Shown here in pieces: positions 1 through 13,904 of a stretch of DNA of 64,000 bases. How positions within the stretch are numbered: the stretch's first letter is position 1; every line of letters begins with the position of its first letter. A program made the translations under genes and the position numbers. The notes below the pieces were generated by a model. That model was not told where the DNA came from and made no database searches. It saw only the letters and a program-made list of their open reading frames with translations. The DNA is taken from positions 103,191,840-103,255,839 of the forward strand of contig NC_068983.1 in the NCBI RefSeq assembly GCF_001194135.2, given 5' to 3'. The stretch comes from Octopus bimaculoides (Eukaryota).

Positions 1-60
1 ATATATATATACATATATATATAAATAAATATATATATACATATACATATAAATACATAT

Positions 61-230
61 ATAATTACAGCGTGGGAGGTGCTTATAAGCCATTTAAAAC
101 ACAAAAATCGTTAGATTCACTTCAACATTTAAATTTAATTTGCCAAAATATTTTCGTCACTTTGAGACTGCGACCTGTTCACTGAGAAAATTCTGTATTG
201 CGCCTGAGAAAGTAATAGTTATTTCATGAT
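61..230 (-). mobile_element. Probable PLE terminal (pLTR-like) segment ending at a (TA)n tract
   Basis: Its terminal 37 nt (63-99) match 1895-1931 in inverted orientation (33/37). It contains a hammerhead-like fold at about 140-190. Confidence 0.5.
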
Positions 231-583
231 ATATATGTACATATGTGTGTGTGTGTACATGTATGTGCACATGCGTACGCATGTGTGCATGCCTATATGC
301 ATGTACCTGAGTATTTAGGTCAGTGTGTAGACATGTCTGCGTTTGTGTACATGTGAATGTATGTTTATGTACTGATATGTGTCTGTTCATGTTGTATACA
401 TGATTGTTACTTTGTTGAAGGTTGTATACACACACACACATATACATATATATAAACACACATATATATGAGTTTGTGTGGTGAATGGATACGTCTTAGA
501 TACATATATGCAAATTTAACCTTACTTATACATATACAAGTACACACAATGAAATAGACACTTACACACACTTACAAATATAC

Positions 584-955
584 GTGTTGTTGTTGTTGGC
601 ACTCCGTCGCTTACGACGTCGAGAGTTCCAGTTGATCCGATCAACAGAACAGCCTACTCGTGAAATTAACGTGCAAGTGGCTGAGCACTCTACAGACACA
701 TGTACCCTTAACGTAGTTCTCGGGGATATTCAGCGTGACACAGTGTGACAAGGCTGACCCTTTGAATTACAGGCACAACAGAAAGTAAGACTTAGAGAAA
801 GTTGTGGTGAATGATTACAGCAGGGTTCGCCACCATCCCCTGCCAGAGCCTCGTGGAGCTTTAGGTGTTTTCGCTCAATAAACACTCACAACGCCCAGTC
901 TGGGTATCGAAACCGTGAGTCCGCTGCCCTATCCACTGGGCCATTGCGCCTCCAC
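584..955 (-). mobile_element. Young tRNA-derived SINE (family C), copy 1, with (CAA)n tail
   Basis: A box TGGCCCAGTGG, B-box-like GGTTTCGATACCC, CAACAACAAC tail; 10-bp TSD ACAAATATAC (574-583 and 956-965); small deletion in the anticodon region versus copies 2 and 3. Confidence 0.9.
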
Positions 956-1229
956 ACAAATATACATATAATCAAGTAGACACACATATATGCTTATCCA
1001 TCTATACATGTCACTATTTTCATGGATAATAGTTAAAATTAAATTTTGCTTTTTTTTTTTTACACACATATATATACAACACACATACTCATACACTCAC
1101 ATACGTATCAATCTATGTACTCTCATACGGTTATATATAACTACATATATGTATTTCAGTATTGTGCATCTCAACATGTATGCATGGATTTCTACATGTA
1201 AATGAGAGAAAGGGGTGGTTATAGAAGGG

Positions 1230-1895
1230 TACTCCCAAGTGGAATAAGGGTGTTACCCCATTCAGATTTTTGGTTGAGAGTGGTTTTCTGTTCTTGTATA
1301 CAGACAGCTTCAGTGACTTGTCTCAGCATTGCATCAGTGAAGTCTCCCTAAGGAGCCCTTATGGCAGTCTACAGCATGCTGATAGAAGATGGAGTTTGGT
1401 TTCTTTTCAATGTAGTTGTCCAGGTGTTCTTTGAACCTATCATTGATGGTCCTAGAAGTCTCACCACCACTCTGGGATAATCGTCCAAGCTCCTTCTTGG
1501 CACTTAATCTGGTATACAGTGCTATTCGTTTTGCAGTTCTCATGTTGGTTTGAAAAACATACTGCACAATTATTCTGACATGTGATTCTATCAAATGGGT
1601 AAGATCTANNNNNNNNNNATTATTCTGACATGTGATTCTATCAAATGGGTAAGATCTACTTAATACAGATTTGATAGTCCTACCTGTCTTTTCTACAACT
1701 TTGATCTTAAGGCCAGTTGAATGCAGGATTTTCTGAAATGCCTTACTTAATTTGTTCTTAGGTGTAGCGTTAGGAAACATTACACTGTGAAACTTCTTAT
1801 TATACCAAGTATTGTTTTTATTTCTTTTGTTGGTGTCCCTCTCCAATCTATTTCAGAACTTGTTGCAGTATAGGGGGCATATACATTTTCGCCAT
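1230..1895 (-). mobile_element. Penelope-like retroelement remnant (RT/EN linker and GIY-YIG endonuclease), frameshifted
   Basis: Translates to KIKVVEKTGRTIKSVLSRSYPFDRITCQNNCAVC..NCK..TVYQIKC, GETSRTINDRFKEH..K.NSIFYQHAVDCHKG and, in another frame, AVCIQEQKTTLNQKSEWGN. These match the Cys-rich GIY-YIG layout and C-terminal LN.K.EW motif of PLEs. Confidence 0.85.
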
Positions 1896-1984
1896 TTTAA
1901 ATGGCTTATAAACACCTTCCACACTGCAATTGTTTTAGTTCCATCACATGATCTCAAATCAGGTCACTTGCTATGCAAGTACAT

Positions 1985-2084
1985 CTCCATAAATATATAT
2001 ATATATATATGTGTGTCTCTCTCTCTATATATATATGTGTGTGTGTATATATATATATACATGTATGTCTATATATATATACAG

Positions 2085-2120
<36 letters not shown>

Positions 2121-2140
2121 GTGTCTATATATATATACAG

Positions 2141-2176
<36 letters not shown>

Positions 2177-2243
2177 NNNNNNNNNNNNNNNNNNNNNNNN
2201 NNNNNNNNNNNNNNNNNNNNNNNNNNNNNNNNNNNNNNNNNNN

Positions 2244-2293
<50 letters not shown>

Positions 2294-2332
2294 CATAGAT
2301 ATATATATATATATATTTACATAGATATATAT

Positions 2333-2372
<40 letters not shown>

Positions 2373-2727
2373 TTCATGATTATATACATAATTATAACAA
2401 GGGCTTGGCTTGCGCCTCACCACGCACTGAAAAAACAGACGTCGAAAGACACTATTACCACCATAAATTCTCTGAAAATAGCACACCACATAATAGGCTA
2501 GCAAAAGAAAGAAAATGAATTAAAGGCCCTTGTTTTAATTATGTATATAATTATAAAATATTTGCAAAATTTACCTAAGAGGTTTGTATTTCCGTGCTGA
2601 CCACTTGGTAAAAATCATTAATGATTTTTACCCTTTATGATATATATATACACGTGTCTCTGTCTCTCTCTTTCTCTCTCTCTCTATATATATATGCGTG
2701 TGTCTCTCTATATGTATATATATATAT

Positions 2728-2796
<69 letters not shown>

Positions 2797-2883
2797 GTGT
2801 CTATATATACATATATATGTANNNNNNNNNNTATATATATACACACATGTGTCTATATATACATATATATGTATGTCTATATA

Positions 2884-2919
<36 letters not shown>

Positions 2920-3000
2920 TATATATATACATATATATGCCTATATATATATATACATATATGTGCCTATATATACATATATATGTGTCTATATATTATA
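1985..3000. repeat. Compound (TA)n/(CT)n/(CA)n microsatellite field with assembly gaps
   Basis: Directly visible. Similar tracts at 230-530, 8270-8535, 13831-13904, 21770-22170, 45885-45953, 48975-49055, 49745-49825, 50212-50270 and 57285-58080. Confidence 0.97.
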
Positions 3001-6000
3001 TGCATGTGTGTATGCATTGCCCTATATTTGATTGTAAACCTCCTGTTCAAGTGAGGCATAACCAATGGTGTATACATTATGTGCATACACAGTCTGTTAG
3101 CTGAAAAAAAAAATGGAAATTGATACTGTATGAGAAAGAGTTAGAACCCCCACCCTCCACCCCCACAGAATTACATCTAATAACTGATCAATATATGCAC
3201 CACTTATATTGTTGATAATGATTACAATGATAATGATTCCATAATTAAGCATGAAGCAAGAAGAAAATGAAAGCATCTATGATGTAGAGAGGAAATTTTG
3301 CAAAGCAAAGAGTATGGTAGGTAATTCAGTATGTTGAAAAAATTCATCAGTCCAACATAAATAATGTCTGACATTGAAATATCTTAAATGAGGCACAAAG
3401 TCTCAGATTAAAGTAGTGATATAAATGAAGGGATGCAAATCAGATTAAATGCCTTGGTCAACCATATAATGTCTGGGGTGCAACTTGAACTCCCGATTCG
3501 AGGTAACCAGGCTTTCAGTTCTTTACCCACTACTCCACCATTGCATCTACAAGAATTAATATCTTGATATCTAACTGCCCAGTTATGTACTAAATGATGT
3601 TCAACTTTGATGCTGTAATGATTTTGTTTCATATGGAAAATATATTTACATGAAGGAAAAAAAAAAAAATTCCAGCAAATTTTGTTAACCTCTCCCGACC
3701 AAAGGCACAGACAGAAAACTAAAAGACATCAAAGGTTTGAAAAAAAAAAAAAAAAAAAAAAAAAAGAAAAAGAAAAAGGAAAAAATGAAGAAGACACTGC
3801 GTTAATGTTTCACAAAATCCTGAGAAGTTATACGATCAATATTTTATATCTTCGGCAACAATCAATACAAAACTTTTAACTTGCCATTCGAAAGATACTT
3901 AAGATCTCCCGCATTTCTCTTTCTCTTTAATGCTGCATTAAAACAGCAGTAACTAGACTATAGCTATGAATTAAAAGAGAGAAGAGTTCAATGTTTTTTT
4001 TATAGTCACCCCTACCACACCATTGACTTGTTTATTTTTGTTGTTTTCTTTAGCAATACTTTAAATTAAAAAACAAATTATAAGTGACTATCACCTCAAG
4101 AAGCACGCACAGTAAAGATATGCTAGTTACCACAGATTATCTTGAAATAATTTTTGTACTTTTGCTTCCTTTTCTTAGCTTATATTATTAAACTGATACA
4201 CTGATTTCAACTAATAACATTGGACAACGATTCACCCATTTGGTTTTCATTTATATGATAAAATAAACTGTATAAAGGATCACAATAAGCTGCTTTTGTC
4301 TAAGAATCTAAATAGCAGAAAAGAATCAAATAGAAACTGTAGAAGCTATTAAGGTCTGAAACTACAGAAGCTATTAAGGTCTATTCTTAATAATTGGACT
4401 TTCCCTGAGTAGTAGAACGTCTAGTTCTTTGCCTAAGTTAACCTTTTAAGAGAAGCTTTCTGCTGTACGTAGCATGTTGCTTAACAACTTATCACAGACA
4501 GAAACTGGTGGAAATTGCAGAAAAAAAAAAAAAAAGACATTATAAAGATTAATCACTCAAGTATTACTTAAAAATATCACAGCCCAAAATTATCCTTAGA
4601 ACCGTTGACTAAATCGTAATTGTGTAGTCAGATTTTTTTTTTTGTCTTTTTAGATTAAAATACTTGAAAACAAATTTAAATTTTGCTTTAAATGTGTTCT
4701 TTACAAAAAGAAAAGGAAATTATGGAGATCAGTATCGATTACAATTTTCCAGATGATACCACTTTAGAAAGGAATTCATTCACAAATCTGTATGAACAGA
4801 TTCTTTTTAACTGCCGTCGATTTTAATAAAGTCGCTGTAGAAACGAATAAAAGACAATCTGAAACATCAACTGGAAAGCAACAGATCACAGCTGATTTAA
4901 ATTACTTCTCAATGGCAAGGTAGACAGTTGGAAATGGAAAATGAGTGATTTTAAAACGAACTTCAAAAACGACTACATACATATGTAGTCTGTTTTATGC
5001 ATTAGTTTTCTGATACTTAGAACCATAAAAAAAAAGGATGGTAGTGGGGAGCACGAAAGAGAAAGTTGATGTATAAAATAGACAGTTAAAATAGGTATAG
5101 ACATTTTCTTTTTTTTCAAGAAAAAGAGTTTACAGGAAAAGCTTGGCGACATTTGAATTTAGTACTTTAAATTTAGCCAGAGCCACTATTTCCAGTTCAT
5201 CAGATTAATTAATTAATATAAAGTCAAAGGTGACAGTTCTCATGTTTCCATGTAAGAAAAACAAATCACAGGTAAAATGAAGCTTACCTAGTTAAACAAA
5301 TTCCCAGATGATTAATGTCTAGCTGACATTATACCATTAAGCTCAGTCAATTTGAAATTACAAAGAATAAAACACACTCACACACATACAAATGACTTGG
5401 AGCTGTGTTGATAGAATTGTGACATAGGAACAGACACAAAAATGTTTATAACAATGTAGTGTTGAGGTAAGTTTCTGATGAAGTGAGTTTACAACATGAA
5501 AGAAACCATTTCACTTATTTCATTAACTTCTGGCAGAATAAAATTTTCAGCTTTTGCTCTAAAATCCATGACATAATTAGATGTTATAGCCAGGGATGTG
5601 GTGCATTCTAAGCTAAGGATCCTATCTTGTGTGGCAAGACAAATTTAATAGTTATAAAATAAATTCATTACTAATGTCCTTTAGAAAACATGAACATTTT
5701 ACCTTCCGCTGGAGAAAAATATGTAAGGGGATACAAATATCAAATTTGATTTGGAGCCAACATTCCAACAGTTTCTCTGCTCACAAATATAGTGAGATGA
5801 GAAGAATTTGGTAGGAATAAAACATATAATTCACATTCAAGGGAAAAAAAAATTGGGATGGTTTGTTTGTATTTATATATGTATGTACATATGTATGCAT
5901 GATTTAAACAAACATGGGTCAAGAGGACTAATTTAGAGTGGCCAGTGGCATGTATTGGAACAACACAAATACAGGTATGTCAAATATCATCAACATAAAT

Positions 6001-8799
6001 TCTTGATTTATTAAAATTATCTCTGCCTCGAGAGGATGTGTCATAATTACCAAATGGCAAATAAGAAGAGCTCCATATGAGAAAGGGAGATAATCTCAAG
6101 AATCAAGAACTCTCTAAATATTGACATGACATTAAGGAAAAACACAGGTTTATTGTGTGAAGTTAAGAGAGTCACGGACAAGTGTTTCTGATTCAATAGG
6201 CATCATCAGCATGACAGTTGTCTTAACCTATCTCTAGTAGCCAAGAACTTAGTGTGGCCAGTGGCTTGTATTTGGACAATATAGACTAATGTAGGTATAC
6301 CAAATACCATACAACATAAATTTTTAGACAGGATAGGTGGGGGATGTAGTATGCACAGATATCAGAAAGTATATTGTTCATGTTTTGCACACAAGCATTA
6401 GCAATGTACAGATAATTGTGGAAGCTATCATTGATAAATTATCCCTATATAATATAGTCTGATAATGAGAGCAGAAATAATCATTTCTACAGAGCTATGG
6501 GTTTTAAATCTTTAGAAGGAAAATAGGCATAAAAGTCACAACTTTTCTTGGCAATATGCTAGAAAGAAATGGAGAGAGAGGGGTAATAGTAACTATAGTC
6601 ACATACCAGTATATATCATTAGAAAAAACATTATTAGGGTAGCTACTTGTCAAATAGACAGACTGCTATGATGAAGTTTCATAGAAATCTATTGTTCACT
6701 TCTTACAAATGTAAAATGATAAACATTTTTTTTGTCTTTGAAGAACATTAGTGAAAAAAATGGCTAAAACTTTATATCACTTAACATACCATAATGTTTT
6801 ACAGGGTTGCCGAGACTGACAGGAGGGAGGACAAGAAGAAAATATCCTCAAACTAGAAACCTGGAGCAAATGCCTGCAATAAAATCTACCCTGCTACAGC
6901 ACCCAAGGATCAAGTGGTGTTAAATCAAGTGACAAATTTAAGTCAAAAAATGAAGTAGGTCACTGTAAGATTTGAACTCAGAATGCTGAAAAAGAACCAG
7001 AACATATTCTACAAGGTTTCTGGTCTGATGATTCAATGAATTCATCAGTCCATGGTTTTAGACTGGTACTTTACCAACTCTGGAAGGATGAAAGACAAAG
7101 TTGACCTTGGTGGGATTTGAACCCAGAACACAAGACAGAAAAAATATTGCAGACATTTTCTCTGATGCTCTAATGACACTGCCTATTCTCAACTAGAAAT
7201 TGAATTTATGCCTATTGTACTTATCTTCTAAAATTCTGTTAATAGGGATTTCTTCCTTAGACAAATAAGGTTACATATTTATACAGTGAGAGAGAAAGGG
7301 ATAGTTTGACAGCTTCTTTGAAATAGTTCTTCAACCAGGAATCAAAACAAGTGTGTGAACTCAACTTGTTGGAACTTTACCTCTTATTTACCAACATTTT
7401 ATATCATTGTTCTTCTGTTTATATATTGTCTAAAATAGAACCGAAGTGCATGTGTGACAAGCATATACACACTTATAAATATATACTTGTTCACAACATA
7501 CTTAATTAACACATTTATAAACACTATTCTGGAAGAGAGCAAATGTGTGTGTGTATGTGTGTGTGTGTGTGTGTATGTGTTAGAGAGAGAGAGAGATGTA
7601 AGTATGAACTTACAATAAAACATTCTGTTGTATGAAAACAAATAGTAACCTCTCCTGCTTGAGGAAATGACAAGCCAGAAGAAAAATAATGCAAGGTTTA
7701 CTAATCACAATACGTAGCCATTTAACATGACTATGAAAATAATGTAGATCTAATAATTTAGGAAATAAAAATGAAATGTAAAAATTGAGATTACAACTCT
7801 CAAATACCACATCTGCCATGTACAAAAAGCTGAGAGAATTTTCATTGTTCTCTTTCTTATTTTAGCATAAACCATGAACCGTGTATTAATGTACTGACTG
7901 AAGTTCTAGTTGCCATAGGTTCGAGCACCATCAGAGGGACAAAAGATAGAAGAAGGAAAAAAAAGGGGACTGACTGTTTGTTGTACCATCAACCAGCAAG
8001 GTTTAGTGGCAAGGGTTCTAGATAATGTGGCAACAAATAATGAATGCATATACTCATCAACTTGTGAGCTTCTTCAGATATAGATTTCTGATCTAAGTAC
8101 AAGGCCAGCAATTTTGTGGGGGTTAGTCAATACCATAGTTTCTCCAGTATTACTGGTACTTTTATTTTATGGATCCCTGAAGGGATGAAAGGTAAAGTTG
8201 ACCTTGGTGGGGTCTGAACACAGAAAAAATACCACAAACCATTTCTCTGACACACATTATAAATGATTATATATATATATGCATTTACATATACACAAAA
8301 GTATATACATACATATATGCATTTAAATACATATATATACACACACATACATATGTTCATATATAAATACACACATATACATACATATATATATATATAC
8401 ACACACATATACATATATATATATATGTGTGTGTGTATATATATATATATTTATGTATATATGTTTCGGCATGGTCTCAGCCTTTGGTTGAAACCAATAA
8501 AAAATAAATATAAATATGTATTCACACACACACACATATATATTCTGTATTGTCAGGGATGAAAGAGGAATGTCTGTAGTCCTTTATTTTGTGAAGGTGC
8601 TGAGACTGGCAAGAGAGGAATTTATCCTAAAATCAAAGTCCTGACTTAAATATCCCCAACAGAGTGCACTACATTAAAGACATCCAAGCTACCAGAAGGT
8701 GGGTTTGAAACCAAATGATACATTAAATCTACTCCACCAAAAAGCCAGAATGCAAAGAAACAAAATGGCTAACACAAAGCATTTTATCCAATGCTTGAA

Positions 8800-11534
8800 C
8801 ATATCAAACCAACCCCCATCTACTCTGAACTTAGAGGATGAAAGATAAAGATGACTTCTGTTGGATTTGAACTCAGAGTGCAGTGAGCCAGAGCAAACAA
8901 CGTGATGTATTTTGTCTGACACTAATGACTGCCAATTCACCGACTTAACAGAACAATAAGACCCACTGTTTTGTTCTTGGTGGGGAAAATAGATATTGGT
9001 TAAAATCAGCTCAATATATGACTGGTACTTATTTTACAACCCCCAGAAAGATTAATGGGAAATATGACCATGGTGGAACTTAAACCCAGTATGTCAAGAA
9101 TTGTAAAAGGAATCCTGTAAAGCATTGTCCAATAAATGATCTACTGGTTATTGCTAGCGACTACTCTGAATAATATTGATAATCATTACTATTGTAGGCA
9201 CAGTCCTGAAATTTTAAGGGAATGGATAATTCAATTACATCAATTCCAGTGCTTGACTGGTGTTTATGTTATCAACCCTGAAAGGATAAAAGGCAGAGTT
9301 GACCTCAGCAGGATTTGAACTCAGAATGTACAGCCAGATGAAATACCACTAAGCATTTTATCCAGCAAGCTAATGATTCTGCCACCTTTTCCGATACTAA
9401 TAATAATTGTAAAGTGGTGAGATGGCAGAATCATCACCAAGCTGGGAAAAATGCTTAGTGGTATTTCTTCCGACTTTAGGTCCTGAGTTAAAATTCTGCT
9501 GAAGTTGACTCTGCATTTTATTCTTTCGGCATTGACAAAATAAGTACCAGTTGAACACTGCAGTTGATGTAATCGACTGATCACCTTCCCTGAAATTGCT
9601 GGCTTTGTGCCAAAATTTGAAACCAATATTATTATTAGGTACATGGTAAGCAATTTTAAGGGGAGGGGTTAATGGATACCAACAACTTCAGAACTAGACT
9701 GGCGCTTTGCTTAATGGACTCCAGAGGGTTGAAAGACAAAATTTGCTCTGGTGGCATTCCAACTCAGAATGTAAAGAACCAAAAGAAATACCACAAAGCA
9801 TTTCATCTGAAATTCTTATGGTTCTGCCAATCCACCACCTAATAATAATAATAATAATAATAAATCTCTGATCACGAGCAGAAGTAGTGGGGGAGCATCA
9901 TGGCCATGTATTGAGAGGAATTCTTTGGGATTTGAATAATTCACCTTTGGAAACATGGGTGTTTTGCTCAACATCCTTAAACAAACCTTATTCAGGGACC
10001 TTTTGAGCAGAATGGGCTACTCGACCTGAAGAAAATTCTAACTGGGCCTCACCTGTGAGGTCACGCGCTGTTCATCTTGATATGAGATCACCATGTTGCA
10101 TGCATATGGTTGTGATGCATGTGCCTGGTGTACCCTTATCAGACGGGTAGTCATGATGGGTATCCTGGGCTTCGTATATTTTACCCCAGGGTCACTTTGA
10201 TGGCATGCACTGCTCTCTCACTCAATAATAATAACAACTTTGGCTCAAGGCCAGCAATTTTTTTGGTGGGAATAAGTCAATTATATTGACTCCAGTGATC
10301 AACTGGTACTTATTTTTATCAACCCTGAAGGCATGAAAGGCAAAGTCAATCCCAGCAGAATTTGAACTCAGAATGTAAAGACGGACGAAATACCACTAAG
10401 CAGTTTGCCCAGTGTGCTAATGATTCTGCCAGTTTGCTACCTTAAACCACCACCTAATAATAATAATCTTTTCTATTAAAGGCACAAAGCCTGAAATTTT
10501 GGGGGAGGGGATGAGTCAATTACATTAACTCCAGAACTCAACTGGTACTTAATTTATCGACCCCAAAAGGATGAACAGTAAAGTTGACCTTGGTAGAATT
10601 TGAACTCAGAATGTAAAGACAGATGAAATGCTGCTAAGCATTTAGCCTGGCATACTTATGATTCTGCCAGCTTGCCACTTAATAGTAATAATAATTACAA
10701 TGATAATGATGATGATAGTTTCTGAGACAGATACAAGGTCAGCAATTTTGAAAAGAGGTTGTTTACTGATACTGTTGACTCCAAAAGGATGAAAGGTAGA
10801 GTAAACCTCAGCGGGATTCGAAATCAGAATGTAAAGTGCCAAAACAATTTCCACATGGCATTTTTTCTGACACTAATAATTCTGCCAACTCACCAATAAT
10901 AATAACAATAATAGTTGTTTTGAATTTTGGCATAAGGCCAACAATTTTGAGGGGAGAGATCAGATACACTGAGTGGTACTTTATCTTTATCAACCCCAGA
11001 AGTTCACTTTGGCAGGGTTCTATTAGAGTAGAGAGAGAACTCAGTGAAATTGATATATTTGGTATATACTTTTAACTCCAGCATGTTAATGTCTGTAGGG
11101 TATGTGGACCAGATGGATGCATTAGCAGGGAGGAAGGATGGGATGAAGTATTATTCAGTTTCAGAGCAATTAATACAATACAGGTATGTTCTACTGTCTT
11201 TACACCCACAAGAATAAGCTGCAAGGCTGTAAGACATAGTTTAAAATAAAAAGGGAAGATGATGTTCCAAGAAACAGACATGGGAGCAAGGGGGGGGGGA
11301 AACCAAAGTAACTTTTAACTGCCACTACTACTGGTATTATTAATATTAGAATTACTGAATGCCTCAGACCAACAGAGTAACAGGAGGGAACTGAACTGAT
11401 GACATTGATGTCTTCTTTGATCTTTATATATAAAGACGATAAGAGCAGAAGTGAAGCAGATCAAACTGAGGAGAGAAATCAGGTCATAAGCCTAGCTTGT
11501 CAAATATTCCAATTGTGTAACATGCATTCCACTG

Positions 11535-11566
<32 letters not shown>

Positions 11567-13070
11567 CCTTTCTACTTTAGGCACAAGGCCTGAAATTTTG
11601 CAGGATGGGGAAAGTTGGTCACATCGATCCCAGTACTTGACTGGTACTTATTTTACTGACCCCGAAAGGATGAAAAGTCAAGTCAACTTTGGCAGAATTT
11701 GAACTCAGTGTAAAGACAGACGAAATGCTGCTAGCATTTTGCCCAGTGTGTTAAGTGACTCTGCCAGCTTGCTGCCTTCAATAATAATAATAATAATAAT
11801 CCTTTCAAGACCTGAAATTTTTGTGGGAGGCGGCTGGTTGATTATATTGACCCCAGTGTTCATCGAAAGGATGAAAGGCAAAGTCGACCTCAGAATGTAC
11901 AGAACCAGAAGTAATGGTGCTCAGCAATTTTTCAGGCATGGTAATAATTCTGTCAGCTCATTGCTCTAATAATAATAATAATAATCCTTCCTATTAAAAG
12001 CACAAGGCCTGAAATATTTTGGGAGGGAACTAGCTGATTACATTGACCTCAGTGTTTCACTGGTACTTATCAATCCTGAAAAGATGAAAGACAAAGTTGA
12101 CCACGGCGAGATTTGATCGCAGAACATAAAGACAGATGAAATACCATGAAGCATTTTGCCTGCCATGCTAACGATTCTGCCAGCTCGCCACCTTAATGGT
12201 AATAATAATCCTTTCTATTAAAGGCACAAAGCCTGAAATTTGGGGCGAGGGGACTAATCAATTACATTGACTCCAGTGTTTCACTGGTACTTAATTTATC
12301 AGCCCCAAAAGGACGAAAGGCAAAGTCGACCTTGGCAGAATTTAAACTCAGAACATAAAGATAGATGATATGCTGCTAAGCATTTTGCCAGCTTGCCACC
12401 TTAATAATAATGGTTTCAAATTTTGTCACAAGGCCAGCAATTTTAGGGTGAAGGGATTAGTAAATTACATTTTCCACAATGTTTCACTGGTGCTTAATTT
12501 TACAGACCCTAAAAGGAACAAATGTAAAAAGGACCTTGACAGATTTGATCTCAAAACATAAAGAGCCAAAAGAAACATCACTAAGCATTGTGTCTGGCAC
12601 AGTAACAATTCTTGCTAGCTCCTACTTAATGATAATCCTTTTCAATTTTGGCACAAAGCCAGACATTTTGAGGGGAGGGGGGTCGATTACATTATCCCTA
12701 GTACTCAGTTGATACATTATTCTATCAACTCTGAAAGGTTGAAAGACAAAGTTGACCTCAGTGAGATTCGAACTCAGAATTTAAAGAGCTGGAAGAAATG
12801 CCCCTATGCGTTTTGACTGATGCACTAATGATTCTTCCAGCTCGCCACCTTAATAACAGCAACAATAATTTCTAATTTAGACACAGAGAAAAAAATATCT
12901 TTTAGAAGTCAGGAAAGGTACAATCAATTACATCAAACCCAAAGATTTGCCTGGTACATTACTTCATCCAGTCATCCCAAGTGGAGTGAAAGATAAAGTT
13001 GTCCCTGATGGAATTTGAGCTGAGAATGTAAAAGGGACAGAACTGAATACTGCAGGACATTTTGCTTGCT
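8800..13070 (-). mobile_element. Cluster of about 15 degenerate copies of a ~220-bp tRNA-derived SINE (family A), nearly all in the same orientation
   Basis: Each copy has GGTGGCGAGCTGGCAGAATCGTTAGC (A box), GTTCTGAGTTCAAATTC (B box), GTCGACTTTGCCTTTCATCC..GATAAAATAAGTACCAG core and an (ATT)n tail. Best copies near 10460, 11560, 11985, 12208 and 12635; one inverted copy at 9411-9636. Boundaries approximate. Confidence 0.88.
9865..10223. repeat. Unclassified ~360-bp GC-richer insertion flanked on both sides by (AAT)n
   Basis: Non-AT-rich block unrelated to the flanking SINEs, embedded in an AAT tract; no TIR, ORF or Pol III box seen. Confidence 0.5.
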
Positions 13071-13853
13071 ACTCTACTCAAATAATAATAACAATGATGA
13101 AGATGAAGTTGATATTTTTTTTAACAAAAAAGTTATGTTGTAATGCTAGTAATTTGTCCTTTAATGGTTCTTATGAGATGTGAGAAAGAACACAAACTTA
13201 GAGATGATCTTTACAATCACGTTTATCAAAAGGATAAAAGAAAAAGTAAGAACCAACACAATATCATCTGTACATATAAAGAAATAAATCAGAAATGGAA
13301 GAGGAGGATGAGGAGGAGATAGTGATAATGTTACAAGTTATATAAAAACAAAAATAAAAGGAAAAAGTTTTGAAAATATTCATAAGAATCTAACAGCACA
13401 AAATGCGTATGAATGATATATAATATATCTCTGTGCCTGTACGTGTAAGTGAAGCTGTGATGTGTTTTTCTAGCTAAATCTGTTGCATGTTAATGGTAAA
13501 ATTATTCCAGAGAATATTTGCCCTAATCAATGTTGGAGGAAGTCATACTCCTGCATACATCATTAAAAATATAAAGAGTATATAAGAAGGGGAGAAAAAT
13601 AGAATTATACAACAGCAAGAAGATTGATATGAGCAATAGTTTAAGCAAAGAGCATGTTGTTATAACAACAAACAATTGCATTGTGGGTGAGAGAGATGGG
13701 AGGTTTAAGACTGCCTTCAAATTTGTTTAAATCCCTTTCTGTAAAAGGATGAATGTTTAAAATAAAGGGATTGGCAGTGTTACTTGTGAAAAATAAGCTT
13801 TCAGTTCTATTATTGCTAAAATCTTAAGATTGTGTGTGTGTGTGTGTGTGTGT

Positions 13854-13904
<51 letters not shown>

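Noticed and set aside
1569-1658. 40-bp direct repeat either side of a 10-N gap (similar at 2790-2870)
   Set aside because: Typical overlap left by scaffolding; collapsing it restores the PLE Cys-rich frame.
2410-2460. CTGAAAAAACAGACGTCGAAAGAC, superficially hammerhead-like
   Set aside because: Core lacks G8 and I could not form convincing stems I and III.
157-3104. Many ORFs rich in YI/HT/CV/SL/RE repeats (also near 8127-8562, 13830-14388, 45834-46253, 57271-58162)
   Set aside because: They are translations of dinucleotide microsatellites and N gaps.
3408-3632. 74-aa minus-strand ORF and a ~56-aa plus-strand frame
   Set aside because: No recognisable domain; the minus strand looks like a decayed tRNA-derived SINE head (TGGAGTAGTGG...GAGTTCAAG).
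8800-13070. Regularly recurring repeats as a CRISPR-like array
   Set aside because: Units are ~200-bp degenerate SINEs, not short identical repeats with unique spacers; eukaryotic context with no cas genes.
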